Shown here: in pieces, positions 30,476 through 39,119 of the stretch
Position numbering within the stretch: the stretch's first letter is position 1
How the letters are laid out: every line of letters begins with the position of its first letter
Assembly (NCBI GenBank): GCA_014382285.1
Contig: JACNKA010000104.1
Coordinates: 1 to 49,156 of the forward strand
Direction: 5' to 3'
Origin: Nitrospinota bacterium
GTDB taxonomy: Bacteria; Nitrospinota; Nitrospinia; Nitrospinales; VA-1
DNA length: 49,156 bases
Program-made: the position numbers and the translations under genes
The notes under the pieces: generated by a model
What the model was told of the DNA's origin: nothing
Database searches by the model: none
What the model saw: only the letters and a program-made list of their open reading frames with translations

Positions 30476-30536
30476 CAATCGGCAGAAAAAGAATTTACCT
30501 CAAATAGCTGTATCGGCAGAAAGGGGGGACAACTTA
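30476..30536 (-). promoter_or_regulatory. Tandem sigma-28-like promoters for the GGDEF-PilZ gene
   Basis: The minus strand reads TAAG-N15-GCCGATAC (30536-30510) and TGAG-N15-GCCGATTG (30502-30476). Confidence 0.6.
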
Positions 30537-30608
30537 ATATGGCTATGCTGAATTCTTTTCTTAGGCGGGAGTTTTGAAACGGGTTTCAATCAACAGGGAA
30601 TTGTTATT

Positions 30609-31961
30609 TTAAACAATTTCCAGAACCTGGAGGTTGGTCAGTGCCGTTGATTTTTGTAGAGCATCTTCCCCTTTGGGACTCAGCTTGTTGCCCGCTACGT
30701 TTAAAAAATGCAGACCAGAGAGTTGCTGGGAATTGGCTAAGTAAATTGCGCCCTCATCGCCTATGACATTCAGGGCGAGCACTAGACGACGCAAACTGGA
30801 CAGATTTATGGACTCTGCCATCGCCTTGATGCCTTGCGCGTGAATCCAGTTTTCGTTTTCCAGATATAAGGACTCCAATTGAGTCAGGGTGGTGGAGCGG
30901 GCGAGCGCCGAAGCTCCTTGATCGGCAATATTATTATTATTCAGCCGTAAAGATTTAAGCCCGGCGCAATGGGGAGATTGTGCCAATGCCTTTGCGCCTT
31001 CCGAGCCGATTTTATTCTCACCGAGATCCAGAGTTTCCATGTCTTTCATATTTGCGGACCCTGCCAGTGCTTCCACTCCCTCGGCGCGAAGATCGTTATT
31101 ATTAAGATCCAGCATTCTAAGTCGAGTGATCGATTTAGATGTGGAAAGAGAAATGGCACTGTCAGTCGTCAATCCGTTATTGTGCATGACCAGTGTTTCC
31201 AGATTTTCAAACATCGAAGACTCGGCCATGGCATAGACCCCATCATCACCAAGATGGTTATTGCTCAGGATCAAAACTTTGAGATTGGGAAACACCCCGG
31301 ACCGTGCCAGAGCTTCCATTCCTTCATGGGTCAAACCATTATCGGAAAGATCAATCCTGACAATCTTTTCAAGAGGGGGCACCTGCATAAGAAGCCTTAG
31401 ACCCTCATCACCAATTCCCGTGTCGCGAAGATTGATATCACTCAATTGCCGACCCAGTTTTGAGTCTGCAAGGGATTTAATGCCAAGCGGTTCTAAACGG
31501 TTAAAGGAAAAGTTTAACCGCTCCAGATTGTTCATGCCCGCTGCCAGGGAAAGAACCTTTGCTCCCAGTGCGCCGATTTCGTTGCTGGATAAACTCAAGT
31601 CCTTCAGAAGTGTTAAGGCCTGGCATTTGGAAAGGAAGAATAAGGCTTCATCGTCGAGGTTATTGTTTGCCAGCGAGAGGTTTTCCAGATTGCAAAAACA
31701 GTCGGAAGCGCTGAGCGGTTGCAGTCCGGCAGAATTCAACCCTGTTTGTTCAAGGTTCAAATAAGAAAGAGATATAAGGGGGCTGGCACCGGCAATGGTT
31801 TTGAAGTCCTCTTCTTTAAGCTGGCAGCCTAAAAGATCCAGAGATTTTTTGTCGAGGCTCAACTTTTCCCGGATGAGAGAGCCGAGGTCGGGGTTCTCGG
31901 TATTCTTTTCAAAATGCCGAAGAAACTCCAGGCTATCGTCAATGTCTTTTGCTTCCGCCAT
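30609..31961 (-). CDS. Leucine-rich-repeat protein (RI-like/GALA-type, 28-aa repeats)
   Basis: About 14 repeats of LxxLxLxxNxIGxxGAxALAxS. Confidence 0.9.
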   Translation of the reverse strand: MAEAKDIDDSLEFLRHFEKNTENPDLGSLIREKLSLDKKSLDLLGCQLKEEDFKTIAGASPLISLSYLNLEQTGLNSAGLQPLSASDCFCNLENLSLANNNLDDEALFFLSKCQALTLLKDLSLSSNEIGALGAKVLSLAAGMNNLERLNFSFNRLEPLGIKSLADSKLGRQLSDINLRDTGIGDEGLRLLMQVPPLEKIVRIDLSDNGLTHEGMEALARSGVFPNLKVLILSNNHLGDDGVYAMAESSMFENLETLVMHNNGLTTDSAISLSTSKSITRLRMLDLNNNDLRAEGVEALAGSANMKDMETLDLGENKIGSEGAKALAQSPHCAGLKSLRLNNNNIADQGASALARSTTLTQLESLYLENENWIHAQGIKAMAESINLSSLRRLVLALNVIGDEGAIYLANSQQLSGLHFLNVAGNKLSPKGEDALQKSTALTNLQVLEIV

Positions 31962-32033
31962 AACAAGGTACAGTCAGTTCATGTGAAGCGAATTATACCC
32001 CGGCGCCTCCACCGGTGGCAATAGGGCGCTGAT

Positions 32034-32066
32034 ACCCCGAGCATGAAGCAAATGAAGCGTATCACA
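32034..32066 (+). repeat. Repeat family 1, degenerate copy 2
   Basis: accccga-gcatga-N13-tatcaca(cac). Confidence 0.45.
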
Positions 32067-32125
32067 CACGGAAAATATTTCTTGGCCTAACGGGTCATTG
32101 CTAACTGACTCCAGCATCACGCTGG

Positions 32126-35100
32126 CTAGTTGAAGTGGACGGAAACTGCTTTGGAGACACCCTGTTCTTCCATGGTGATGCCATAGAGAGCGTTGGCGAA
32201 AGACATGGTTTTTTGGTTATGAGTGATGATGATGAATTGCGTGTTGACGGCCATTTCCTTGAGCATTTCCTGGAAACGAACGACATTAGCCTCATCCAGC
32301 GGGGCATCCACTTCATCCAGAAGGCAGAAGGGGCTGGGTCGGACTTTGAAAACCGCGAACATCAGAGCGATGGCGGTCATTGCTTTTTCTCCACCGGACA
32401 TCAGGGCCAGACTTTGCAGGCTTTTTCCAAAAGGGTTGGCGGTGATTTCAATTCCCGAGTCGAGAGGGTTGGATTCATCGACCAGGGTCAGGCTTGCCTT
32501 GCCTCCCTGAAAGAGTCGCGCGAAAATTTCCTTGAAGTTTTCGCTCACAAGTTTAAAGGTGTCGAGAAACCGTTGTTTGGTAGTGTGGTTTATTTTTTCG
32601 ATGGTTGAGTGAAGCAATTCTATGGACTCGGCCAGATCGTCCTGTTGTCTTTTTAGAAAGGTGTAACGCTCGTTGGTTTTTTCAAAATCCGAAAGCGCAG
32701 CAAGATTGACCTCACCTAATTTCGCCACTTTTTCTTTCAGTTCTTTAACCAATTCGTCTGTTTCGCTTTCATTAATGTTTTCATCGTAAGCAGACTTTAA
32801 TTCTTCCCGTGTTGCGTTGAAGTCTTCGTAAGCGCGTTCTTCCAGATGGACGATTTGCAGGCGGTTCTCAGATCGTTTGATTTCTATTTGAGAGAGGGTT
32901 TCGATGATCTCCTGAATTTTTCGGGAAAGTTCACGTGTGTCCTGCTCCATTCCTTTCAGGGCGTCTTCTTTTTGTCGCAGCGACTCTTCTTCCTGAACAG
33001 CTGTTTCCGTTAACTGGTCTTTTTCCCGGGAAAGTTTCAGGACGGTATCTTCCAGCATCGAAATTTCGCCTCCAATTTCAGTGATTTTATTCTGATTGGA
33101 AACGAGGTCAGATTCGCGCCTGACAATTTGTTGTTTTAAGTTTTGCTGCTGAAGCTCCAGTCGCTTGATTTCGGTGAGCGTGTTTTCTCGTCGGCCGATC
33201 AGAGAAGCAATCAGAACCTTGAGTCGGCTGATCTCGGATGAAATTTCCTCAAGGCCGGATCGGCTTTGTTCCAGTTCTTCTCTGTGCCCGATTAAAAGTT
33301 CTTCTTCAGCAACTCTTTTTTGTTCGACGGATTCCAACTGTTGGTCCAGCGAAGATTTCTCCGCGACCCATTTTTCTCTTTCCACGTCTATGGCCGTAAT
33401 TTCCCCTTCAATGGTGGTGTGCCTGTTTTCAAGACGCTCGGCTTCTTTACGCGATTGTTCCAGGTCGTGCAGTTTATTGTTCGTTGCGATCTCAGTGGCA
33501 TGGGTTTGTTGGTCCAATTGTCTCAGGTTGGCCTCAAGTTGGGAAAGGCCCTGTTTTTTTCTTTCGATGTTTCCCTGTGAAGCATCCAACACCTTTTTAA
33601 CGTTGCTGACACTGCTGGTCAGAGTTTCTATTTCACGGTTTCTGGCCAGCAGGCCTGAGGAATCATGTTCCAATGAACCTCCGGTGACGAACCCGTTAGC
33701 GTCAATCATTTCCCCATTCAGGGTGACGACAGTTCCGTAAAAATCTGGTTTCTGATGCAGGTGAAGGGCGACATCCATATCCTGAACGATTACAACGCTT
33801 TTCAGTAATAAATCGATAACGGGCCGATACTCTTCCGGGCATTCAATAAAATTGAGGGCCGTGCCTACGATTCCCTGTGTGCCATTCATATTAAGAGGCT
33901 CGAAAGGAATCGGTTTTGGATTGAGAGGTGCGAACAAGCCTCGACCGGAATGGTGATTCTTAAGATAGCCGATGGCCTCCATCGAATCAGAATGGGAATT
34001 GACAATAACGCTTTGGAGTTTTTCGCCCAGAGCGGTTTCGATAGCCACTTCATATTCTGCCGGGGTTTGCAGGACATCGACCAACACTTCCCGAAGTCCG
34101 GGAATGCGTTCGCCGTTCTGGTTGTTCATGAGGGATTTAACGCCGTCGTGAAATCCTTCAAACTGGTTTCTAAGTTTTTCCAATGAACCCAGCAGGGAGG
34201 CCTTATGAAAATAGTCTTCTTTTTGGGAGCTATGGCTGTCTATTTCTACTTGGAGCTGTTGCGAGCATAAGGTGGTTTCCTGCCGCAAGGCCTCTTGTTG
34301 TTCCTTTAAACGTGCAAGCTCTTCTGTTTTTTGTTGGTGTTCAGCTTCTCTTTGCTCAAGCCCTGACTGGTTTTCCTGAGCCTGAGAACGGTTTTCTTCC
34401 TTTTCCGTCACAAGCTTCCTCTGACCGGTTTCTAACCCTTGAATGCGGGTTTCAAGAGCGGTCATCTGATTTTTTGATTGGGCTGTTTGCTGGAATAAAC
34501 TGTGAACGCTTCTTTCGCCATTGAGAACTTGTTCCTGAATTTTCTGCAAAGCTTCCCGCTTCTGCTCGTTTTCAGCCTTGCGCTGATCCAGTACAATTTC
34601 CTGCTCGTTGATTTCCTGTAATGTGGCGGAAAGGTTTTGTCTTTCGCTTTCGATCTGCGTTGTCAGGCCACCAATGTCCCCTGTCATTTGGGAAATTTCC
34701 CCGGTAGCAGATTCGATGTCTGCTTCGGCTTCAGATTTCTGCTCCTTCTTGAAAGCAATACTCTGCTCACTGCTTCCGATTTGGGATTTCAACTGATGAA
34801 TGGTTTCTCGGGCTTCATTCAACCGGCCCAGCGATTCTTCGATTTCCACATTAAGCTGAGCGATCTGGTTTTCAAATGTAGCGTGACGGGCGTTCCACTC
34901 GGTTTTCTTTTCTGTTTGCTGCTCGAACTCGGCTTCTATCACCTCCAACTGCGATTGGTAGCGGCGAACTTTTACCGAGAAAAGACTGAGAGACAGTTCC
35001 TTGATCTCGGTTTTGTATTTTTTATAGCGTTCTGCCTTGGCGGCCTGGCGCTTTAACGACTCAACCTGTCGAGCCAGCTCCTGAACAATATCTGCCACAC

Positions 35101-35683
35101 GTTCCAGGTTTTGGCGCGAGCTGTCGAGCTTGCGAATGGCTTCATTTTTGCGGTGTTTGAATTTCAGAATTCCTGCGGCTTCTTCAATCAGGATACGCCT
35201 TTCTTCTGGCTTGGAAGTGATGATATCCTGAATATGGCCCTGTTCAATAATGGTCAGGACCTTTGGGCTGATGCCCGCATCCATGAGGAAATCCGTGATA
35301 TCCTTTAAGCGGCATGGAATCTGGTTGATATAAAATTCGCTTTCGCCGGAACGATGGTAACAACGGGTGACTTTGACATCTTCCGCTACATTGGGAACTC
35401 CGGCAATACGGATTCCCGTCGGCACACTGGACAGGGTCAGGGAGATTTCCGCCCGGTTCACGGGTTTTCGGCTACTGCTACCATTGAAAATGAGATCCGT
35501 GATACGGGTGCTACGCAGGGTTTTGGATCTTTGCTCACCGATGACCCAGCGAATCGCGTCGGAAACATTGCTTTTTCCACAACCGTTGGGGCCGACAATG
35601 GCCGTAAAACCGTTTCTAAACTCCAGGTTGGTGGAGTCGACAAACGATTTAAAACCCTCTAATTCTAAATTTTTCAGGTACAT
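32126..35683 (-). CDS. smc: Chromosome segregation protein SMC
   Basis: GFKSF, Walker A GPNGCGKSN, coiled coils, hinge, signature MSGGEK and Walker B LLDEVDAPLD; 1185 aa. Confidence 0.97.
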   Translation of the reverse strand: MYLKNLELEGFKSFVDSTNLEFRNGFTAIVGPNGCGKSNVSDAIRWVIGEQRSKTLRSTRITDLIFNGSSSRKPVNRAEISLTLSSVPTGIRIAGVPNVAEDVKVTRCYHRSGESEFYINQIPCRLKDITDFLMDAGISPKVLTIIEQGHIQDIITSKPEERRILIEEAAGILKFKHRKNEAIRKLDSSRQNLERVADIVQELARQVESLKRQAAKAERYKKYKTEIKELSLSLFSVKVRRYQSQLEVIEAEFEQQTEKKTEWNARHATFENQIAQLNVEIEESLGRLNEARETIHQLKSQIGSSEQSIAFKKEQKSEAEADIESATGEISQMTGDIGGLTTQIESERQNLSATLQEINEQEIVLDQRKAENEQKREALQKIQEQVLNGERSVHSLFQQTAQSKNQMTALETRIQGLETGQRKLVTEKEENRSQAQENQSGLEQREAEHQQKTEELARLKEQQEALRQETTLCSQQLQVEIDSHSSQKEDYFHKASLLGSLEKLRNQFEGFHDGVKSLMNNQNGERIPGLREVLVDVLQTPAEYEVAIETALGEKLQSVIVNSHSDSMEAIGYLKNHHSGRGLFAPLNPKPIPFEPLNMNGTQGIVGTALNFIECPEEYRPVIDLLLKSVVIVQDMDVALHLHQKPDFYGTVVTLNGEMIDANGFVTGGSLEHDSSGLLARNREIETLTSSVSNVKKVLDASQGNIERKKQGLSQLEANLRQLDQQTHATEIATNNKLHDLEQSRKEAERLENRHTTIEGEITAIDVEREKWVAEKSSLDQQLESVEQKRVAEEELLIGHREELEQSRSGLEEISSEISRLKVLIASLIGRRENTLTEIKRLELQQQNLKQQIVRRESDLVSNQNKITEIGGEISMLEDTVLKLSREKDQLTETAVQEEESLRQKEDALKGMEQDTRELSRKIQEIIETLSQIEIKRSENRLQIVHLEERAYEDFNATREELKSAYDENINESETDELVKELKEKVAKLGEVNLAALSDFEKTNERYTFLKRQQDDLAESIELLHSTIEKINHTTKQRFLDTFKLVSENFKEIFARLFQGGKASLTLVDESNPLDSGIEITANPFGKSLQSLALMSGGEKAMTAIALMFAVFKVRPSPFCLLDEVDAPLDEANVVRFQEMLKEMAVNTQFIIITHNQKTMSFANALYGITMEEQGVSKAVSVHFN

Positions 35684-35775
35684 ATGTGGTTAGGCTCCCG
35701 GGATTATCGGATCTTCAGCATCTCATATTCTGGGGGGAAGATTATCCCAATCCTGTGATATTGTAAAGTGAAATT

Positions 35776-35823
35776 ATACCATGTTTGGTATACTCTAAAA
35801 CCCAGCCCCACAATATATTGTGC
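35776..35823. promoter_or_regulatory. Tandem NrdR-box-like operators
   Basis: ATACCATGTTTGGTAT (35776-35791) and CCACAATATATTGTGC (35808-35823) match the NrdR consensus acaCwAtATaTwGtgt; their starts are 32 bp apart. Confidence 0.65.
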
Positions 35824-35838
35824 CACTGGGCGTGGGGC

Positions 35839-35886
35839 TGTGATATTTCTTCGTTATCTCTCATGCCCCGAAGGGGTACAACGAGC
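35839..35886 (-). repeat. Repeat family 1, copy 3
   Basis: The minus strand reads gctcgttgtaccccttcggggcatgagagataacgaagaaatatcaca and aligns without gaps to copy 4. Confidence 0.65.
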
Positions 35887-36023
35887 AATGGCTTTCATAT
35901 GCGAGCAAAAAGTTGTCTCGGCTTGATAGGTTATTGCCCCGTTGCCCTTTTAAGCCGAGAGGCAGATTGAAAATAAGGTGAAGCCATTGCTAGTTGGCCC
36001 CACGCCTAGTGGAGGAGATTTTT

Positions 36024-36368
36024 ATGATGAAGTTGTATTCTTATAATAAGTGCGGAACCTGTCGTAAGGCGGTCCGCTTTCTGGAAGACAAGAAGGTAAA
36101 GTTTGAACTGTTCGATATTACCGAAACGCCGCCGACCAAGCAGATTCTTAAAGCGGCGATGAAAGCCAAGGGACTGAAAAAACTTTTCAATACCAGTGGC
36201 GTTCAGTATCGTGAGTTGAAGATCAAGGACAAACTGGCAACGATGACCGATAGTCAGGCGATAGACTTGCTGGCTTCCAACGGAAGGTTGGTCAAACGTC
36301 CGTTCGCGGTGGATAAGGATAAAATCACCGTTGGCTTCGACATCGAAGAATATAAAAAGGTTTGGTAG
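36024..36368 (+). CDS. ArsC/Spx/MgsR family protein
   Basis: CGTCRKA, LFNTSG…YREL, LVKRP and VGF motifs; GGAGGAG RBS. Confidence 0.9.
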   Translation: MMKLYSYNKCGTCRKAVRFLEDKKVKFELFDITETPPTKQILKAAMKAKGLKKLFNTSGVQYRELKIKDKLATMTDSQAIDLLASNGRLVKRPFAVDKDKITVGFDIEEYKKVW

Positions 36369-36384
36369 GCAACTTGAGACGACG

Positions 36385-36939
36385 ATGGATCTGTTTTTAA
36401 TCAAACATAAACTGAAGAACGATTTTCCTCTAGTGCGGGAGGCGACTCAAGCGCATCCCCAGCGGGCTGCCGTGATGGTTATGCTTTATCCCAGGCATAA
36501 TAAAACGCATGTGTTGATGACCCGAAGAGCCACGCACCTCAAGTATCATGCGGGTGAGGTGAGTTTTCCCGGCGGGGTGTTTGAGGAAGATCAGGATGAT
36601 GACCTGCTGGCCACGGCTTTAAGGGAGACCGAGGAAGAGCTTGCCATTGAGGTTGATCAGGGAGATGTGTTGGGCCGACTCCCTATTGTTAATACGCGGT
36701 TGGGGTTTGAAATCACCCCTTTTGTTTCCGTGTTGTCTTCTGCGCCGGAGTACGAACCCGCCGAGAGTGAGGTGGGGGAAGTTTTGGAAATGCCCTTCAC
36801 CTCTCTGCTTGCCACGCAACAACGGGATGTTGGGAGCAAGCCCTCTGAGGAAGGGGTGATGTACTGGTTTCGACACCATAGAATTTGGGGTGCATCGGCA
36901 AAGATTCTCAACCAGATTGCACATCTGGGTACGTATTAG
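36385..36939 (+). CDS. Nudix hydrolase, CoA pyrophosphatase family
   Basis: AAV, LMTRRA…HAGEVSFPGG, ALRETEEEL Nudix box and IWGASA. Confidence 0.9.
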   Translation: MDLFLIKHKLKNDFPLVREATQAHPQRAAVMVMLYPRHNKTHVLMTRRATHLKYHAGEVSFPGGVFEEDQDDDLLATALRETEEELAIEVDQGDVLGRLPIVNTRLGFEITPFVSVLSSAPEYEPAESEVGEVLEMPFTSLLATQQRDVGSKPSEEGVMYWFRHHRIWGASAKILNQIAHLGTY

Positions 36940-36964
36940 TTTTTCAGAAAGAGAACTTTTTTAA

Positions 36965-37900
36965 ATGAAAACTTTAAAAATCCTGTTTCTGGCCTCGCAT
37001 TGGAGGGTTTCTCTCATCAAAGCGTTCCAGGACGCCAAGTTGTCGATGAAGCTGATCTGCGCTGACAGCGATCCAGACGCGCCTTCTTTGAGTGAGGCTG
37101 ACCGCTCACAGGTTATTCCGCTTTTTTCAGATCCTCAATGTCTGCCATCTGTTCTTGAGTTATGCGAGGCCGAAAAAGTTTCTGCCCTGGTTCCCCTGAC
37201 CAACAAGTCTATTGAGTTCATGGCTGACCATCGCCAGGAACTGGGGGCAGGAGGTCGCCGTTTATGGATACCGCAAAATCGTGTCATCGAAACTTGCCAC
37301 GATAAATGGAAATTATTTGAGTTTTTAAAAAGTGAAGGATTCGGCACCCCTCTAACATTTTTGCCGGGAAAAACAGCAACTTCGTTCCCCCTCATCGCTA
37401 AACCGCGTCGGGGAGAAGGCAGTAAAGACCTGTTTGTGCTGGAGAATTCTGACGACCTGGACTTTTATATGAAAAAATGCCCCCATCATGTATTCCAGCA
37501 ACGGATTGATGGACAGGAATTCAGTGTCGATGCGTTTTTCGACCAGCACGGTTCGCCCCGCCTGATTGTTCCGCGTGAACGGTTGGCGGTTCGTGGTGGT
37601 GAGGTCATGGCCAGCCGTATCAATATGGATGCGGGTATCATCGACAAGGTGACTGCGTTGGGAACCAAGCTGGGTTTGACAGGCCCCTGCACCATCCAGG
37701 GTATACAGGATGATGAGGCGTTTTATTTCACCGATGTGAACCTGCGTTTTGGCAGTGGTTTTGTGCACACCATTTCTGCGGGTGGCAACGTGCCCTTAAT
37801 GATGTATAAAGAACTGGCCGGGCAAGAGTTGGACTCTATGAAAATAGACATCAAAAATCATTCGGTCATGACTCGTTATCCTGAGAGTATTTTTCGCTAA
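36965..37900 (+). CDS. ATP-grasp protein (CarB-like, type often found in polysaccharide clusters)
   Basis: CHDKW, AKPRRGEGS, EFSVD, PRERL and DVNLRFGSG motifs. Confidence 0.8.
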   Translation: MKTLKILFLASHWRVSLIKAFQDAKLSMKLICADSDPDAPSLSEADRSQVIPLFSDPQCLPSVLELCEAEKVSALVPLTNKSIEFMADHRQELGAGGRRLWIPQNRVIETCHDKWKLFEFLKSEGFGTPLTFLPGKTATSFPLIAKPRRGEGSKDLFVLENSDDLDFYMKKCPHHVFQQRIDGQEFSVDAFFDQHGSPRLIVPRERLAVRGGEVMASRINMDAGIIDKVTALGTKLGLTGPCTIQGIQDDEAFYFTDVNLRFGSGFVHTISAGGNVPLMMYKELAGQELDSMKIDIKNHSVMTRYPESIFR

Positions 37901-37906
37901 TAACTT

Positions 37907-38617
37907 ATGAATACTATGAGCCCACAAGATAGATTGATCTTTGCACTGGATGTCCCGGATAAAAAGGCAGCAGAGCGCTACGTCCAATTGCTGGAAGGAG
38001 TGGTCGGTTGTTTCAAGGTCGGCTTGGAATTGTTTATCAGCGAAGGTCCCGATGTGGTCAAAATGATTCAGGATCAGTCTACGGCAAACATTTTCCTCGA
38101 CCTCAAGCTGCACGATATCCCGGCGACGGTGAGAGGGGCGTTGCGATCCGCTGAGAAGTTGGGAGTCCAGTACATCACCATCCACTCTACAGAAGGGGAA
38201 GCGATTCTTGAGACGGCTCAAGAAGTGAAAGGTTCGGGGCTGGAAGTGCTGGCAGTAACGGTGCTCACCAGTACGAGTGTTTCTTCTCTGGCGAGTCTTG
38301 GAATTCGTGAAGACATTGATGCGGCGGCTTTGGTTTTGGATCGCGCTACCCGGGCGCAAAACTCGGGATGCGCCGGGGTGGTTTGCTCGGGGGAGGAAGC
38401 AAAACTGGTCAAACTAAAATGTGGTGAAGGATTCAAAATTGTGGTTCCGGGAATCCGTCCAGAATGGGCTCGTGTTGCGGGTGACGATCAAAACCGCATT
38501 GCAAGTCCTGCCCAGGCCATAGAGGATGGGGCGGATATGATTGTTGTCGGTAGGCCTATTCGCGATGCAGAAGACCCAAGAGAAGCGGCACAAAAAATTA
38601 TTGCGGAAATCTCGTGA
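37907..38617 (+). CDS. pyrF: Orotidine-5'-phosphate decarboxylase
   Basis: ALD, KVG, DLKLHDIP, VTVLTS, PGIRP and VVGRPI motifs. Confidence 0.96.
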   Translation: MNTMSPQDRLIFALDVPDKKAAERYVQLLEGVVGCFKVGLELFISEGPDVVKMIQDQSTANIFLDLKLHDIPATVRGALRSAEKLGVQYITIHSTEGEAILETAQEVKGSGLEVLAVTVLTSTSVSSLASLGIREDIDAAALVLDRATRAQNSGCAGVVCSGEEAKLVKLKCGEGFKIVVPGIRPEWARVAGDDQNRIASPAQAIEDGADMIVVGRPIRDAEDPREAAQKIIAEIS

Positions 38618-38663
38618 CACTGGACTCGATGAGGAATGTTCATAATAAAGACCAGGTATCAAA

Positions 38664-39119
38664 ATGCTATCCACACTAATAAATTTTATTTATCTGCTAA
38701 GCCTGGTTTGCTGGATAGGCAGCATTATCTTTTTCTCTTTCTTTGTGGCTCCTGTAGTTTTTAAAACCCTGGAGCGGGAAAAAGCCGGTGAAGTGGTGGG
38801 CATTATTTTTCCTCGCTACTACATGATCGGTTATGTGTGCGGAATTTTGGTGTTGATAGCACTTCTTCTGAACGGGCCAGCAGGTCTTAAGTGGTGCGCC
38901 TGGGGTATCATGATGCTTGGCACTGCCTGTGCCGGTCTGGTTGTGAACCCTAAAGCCAAAATTCGTAAAGAACAATTGAAAGATTCTCCCGAAGCTGAAA
39001 AACCTGCCCTCGAAGCCAGCTTTAAAACTCTGCATTCTTTGTCGGTCAAATTGAACGCGGCGGTTCTATTTGCCGGGCTCTGGCTACTCTGGCTAAGTGC
39101 TGCGAAAATTCCTATTTAA
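38664..39119 (+). CDS. Four-TM membrane protein (DUF4149/TMEM205-like)
   Basis: WIGSIIFFSFFVAP…F, FPRY and FKTLHSLSV motifs. Confidence 0.8.
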   Translation: MLSTLINFIYLLSLVCWIGSIIFFSFFVAPVVFKTLEREKAGEVVGIIFPRYYMIGYVCGILVLIALLLNGPAGLKWCAWGIMMLGTACAGLVVNPKAKIRKEQLKDSPEAEKPALEASFKTLHSLSVKLNAAVLFAGLWLLWLSAAKIPI

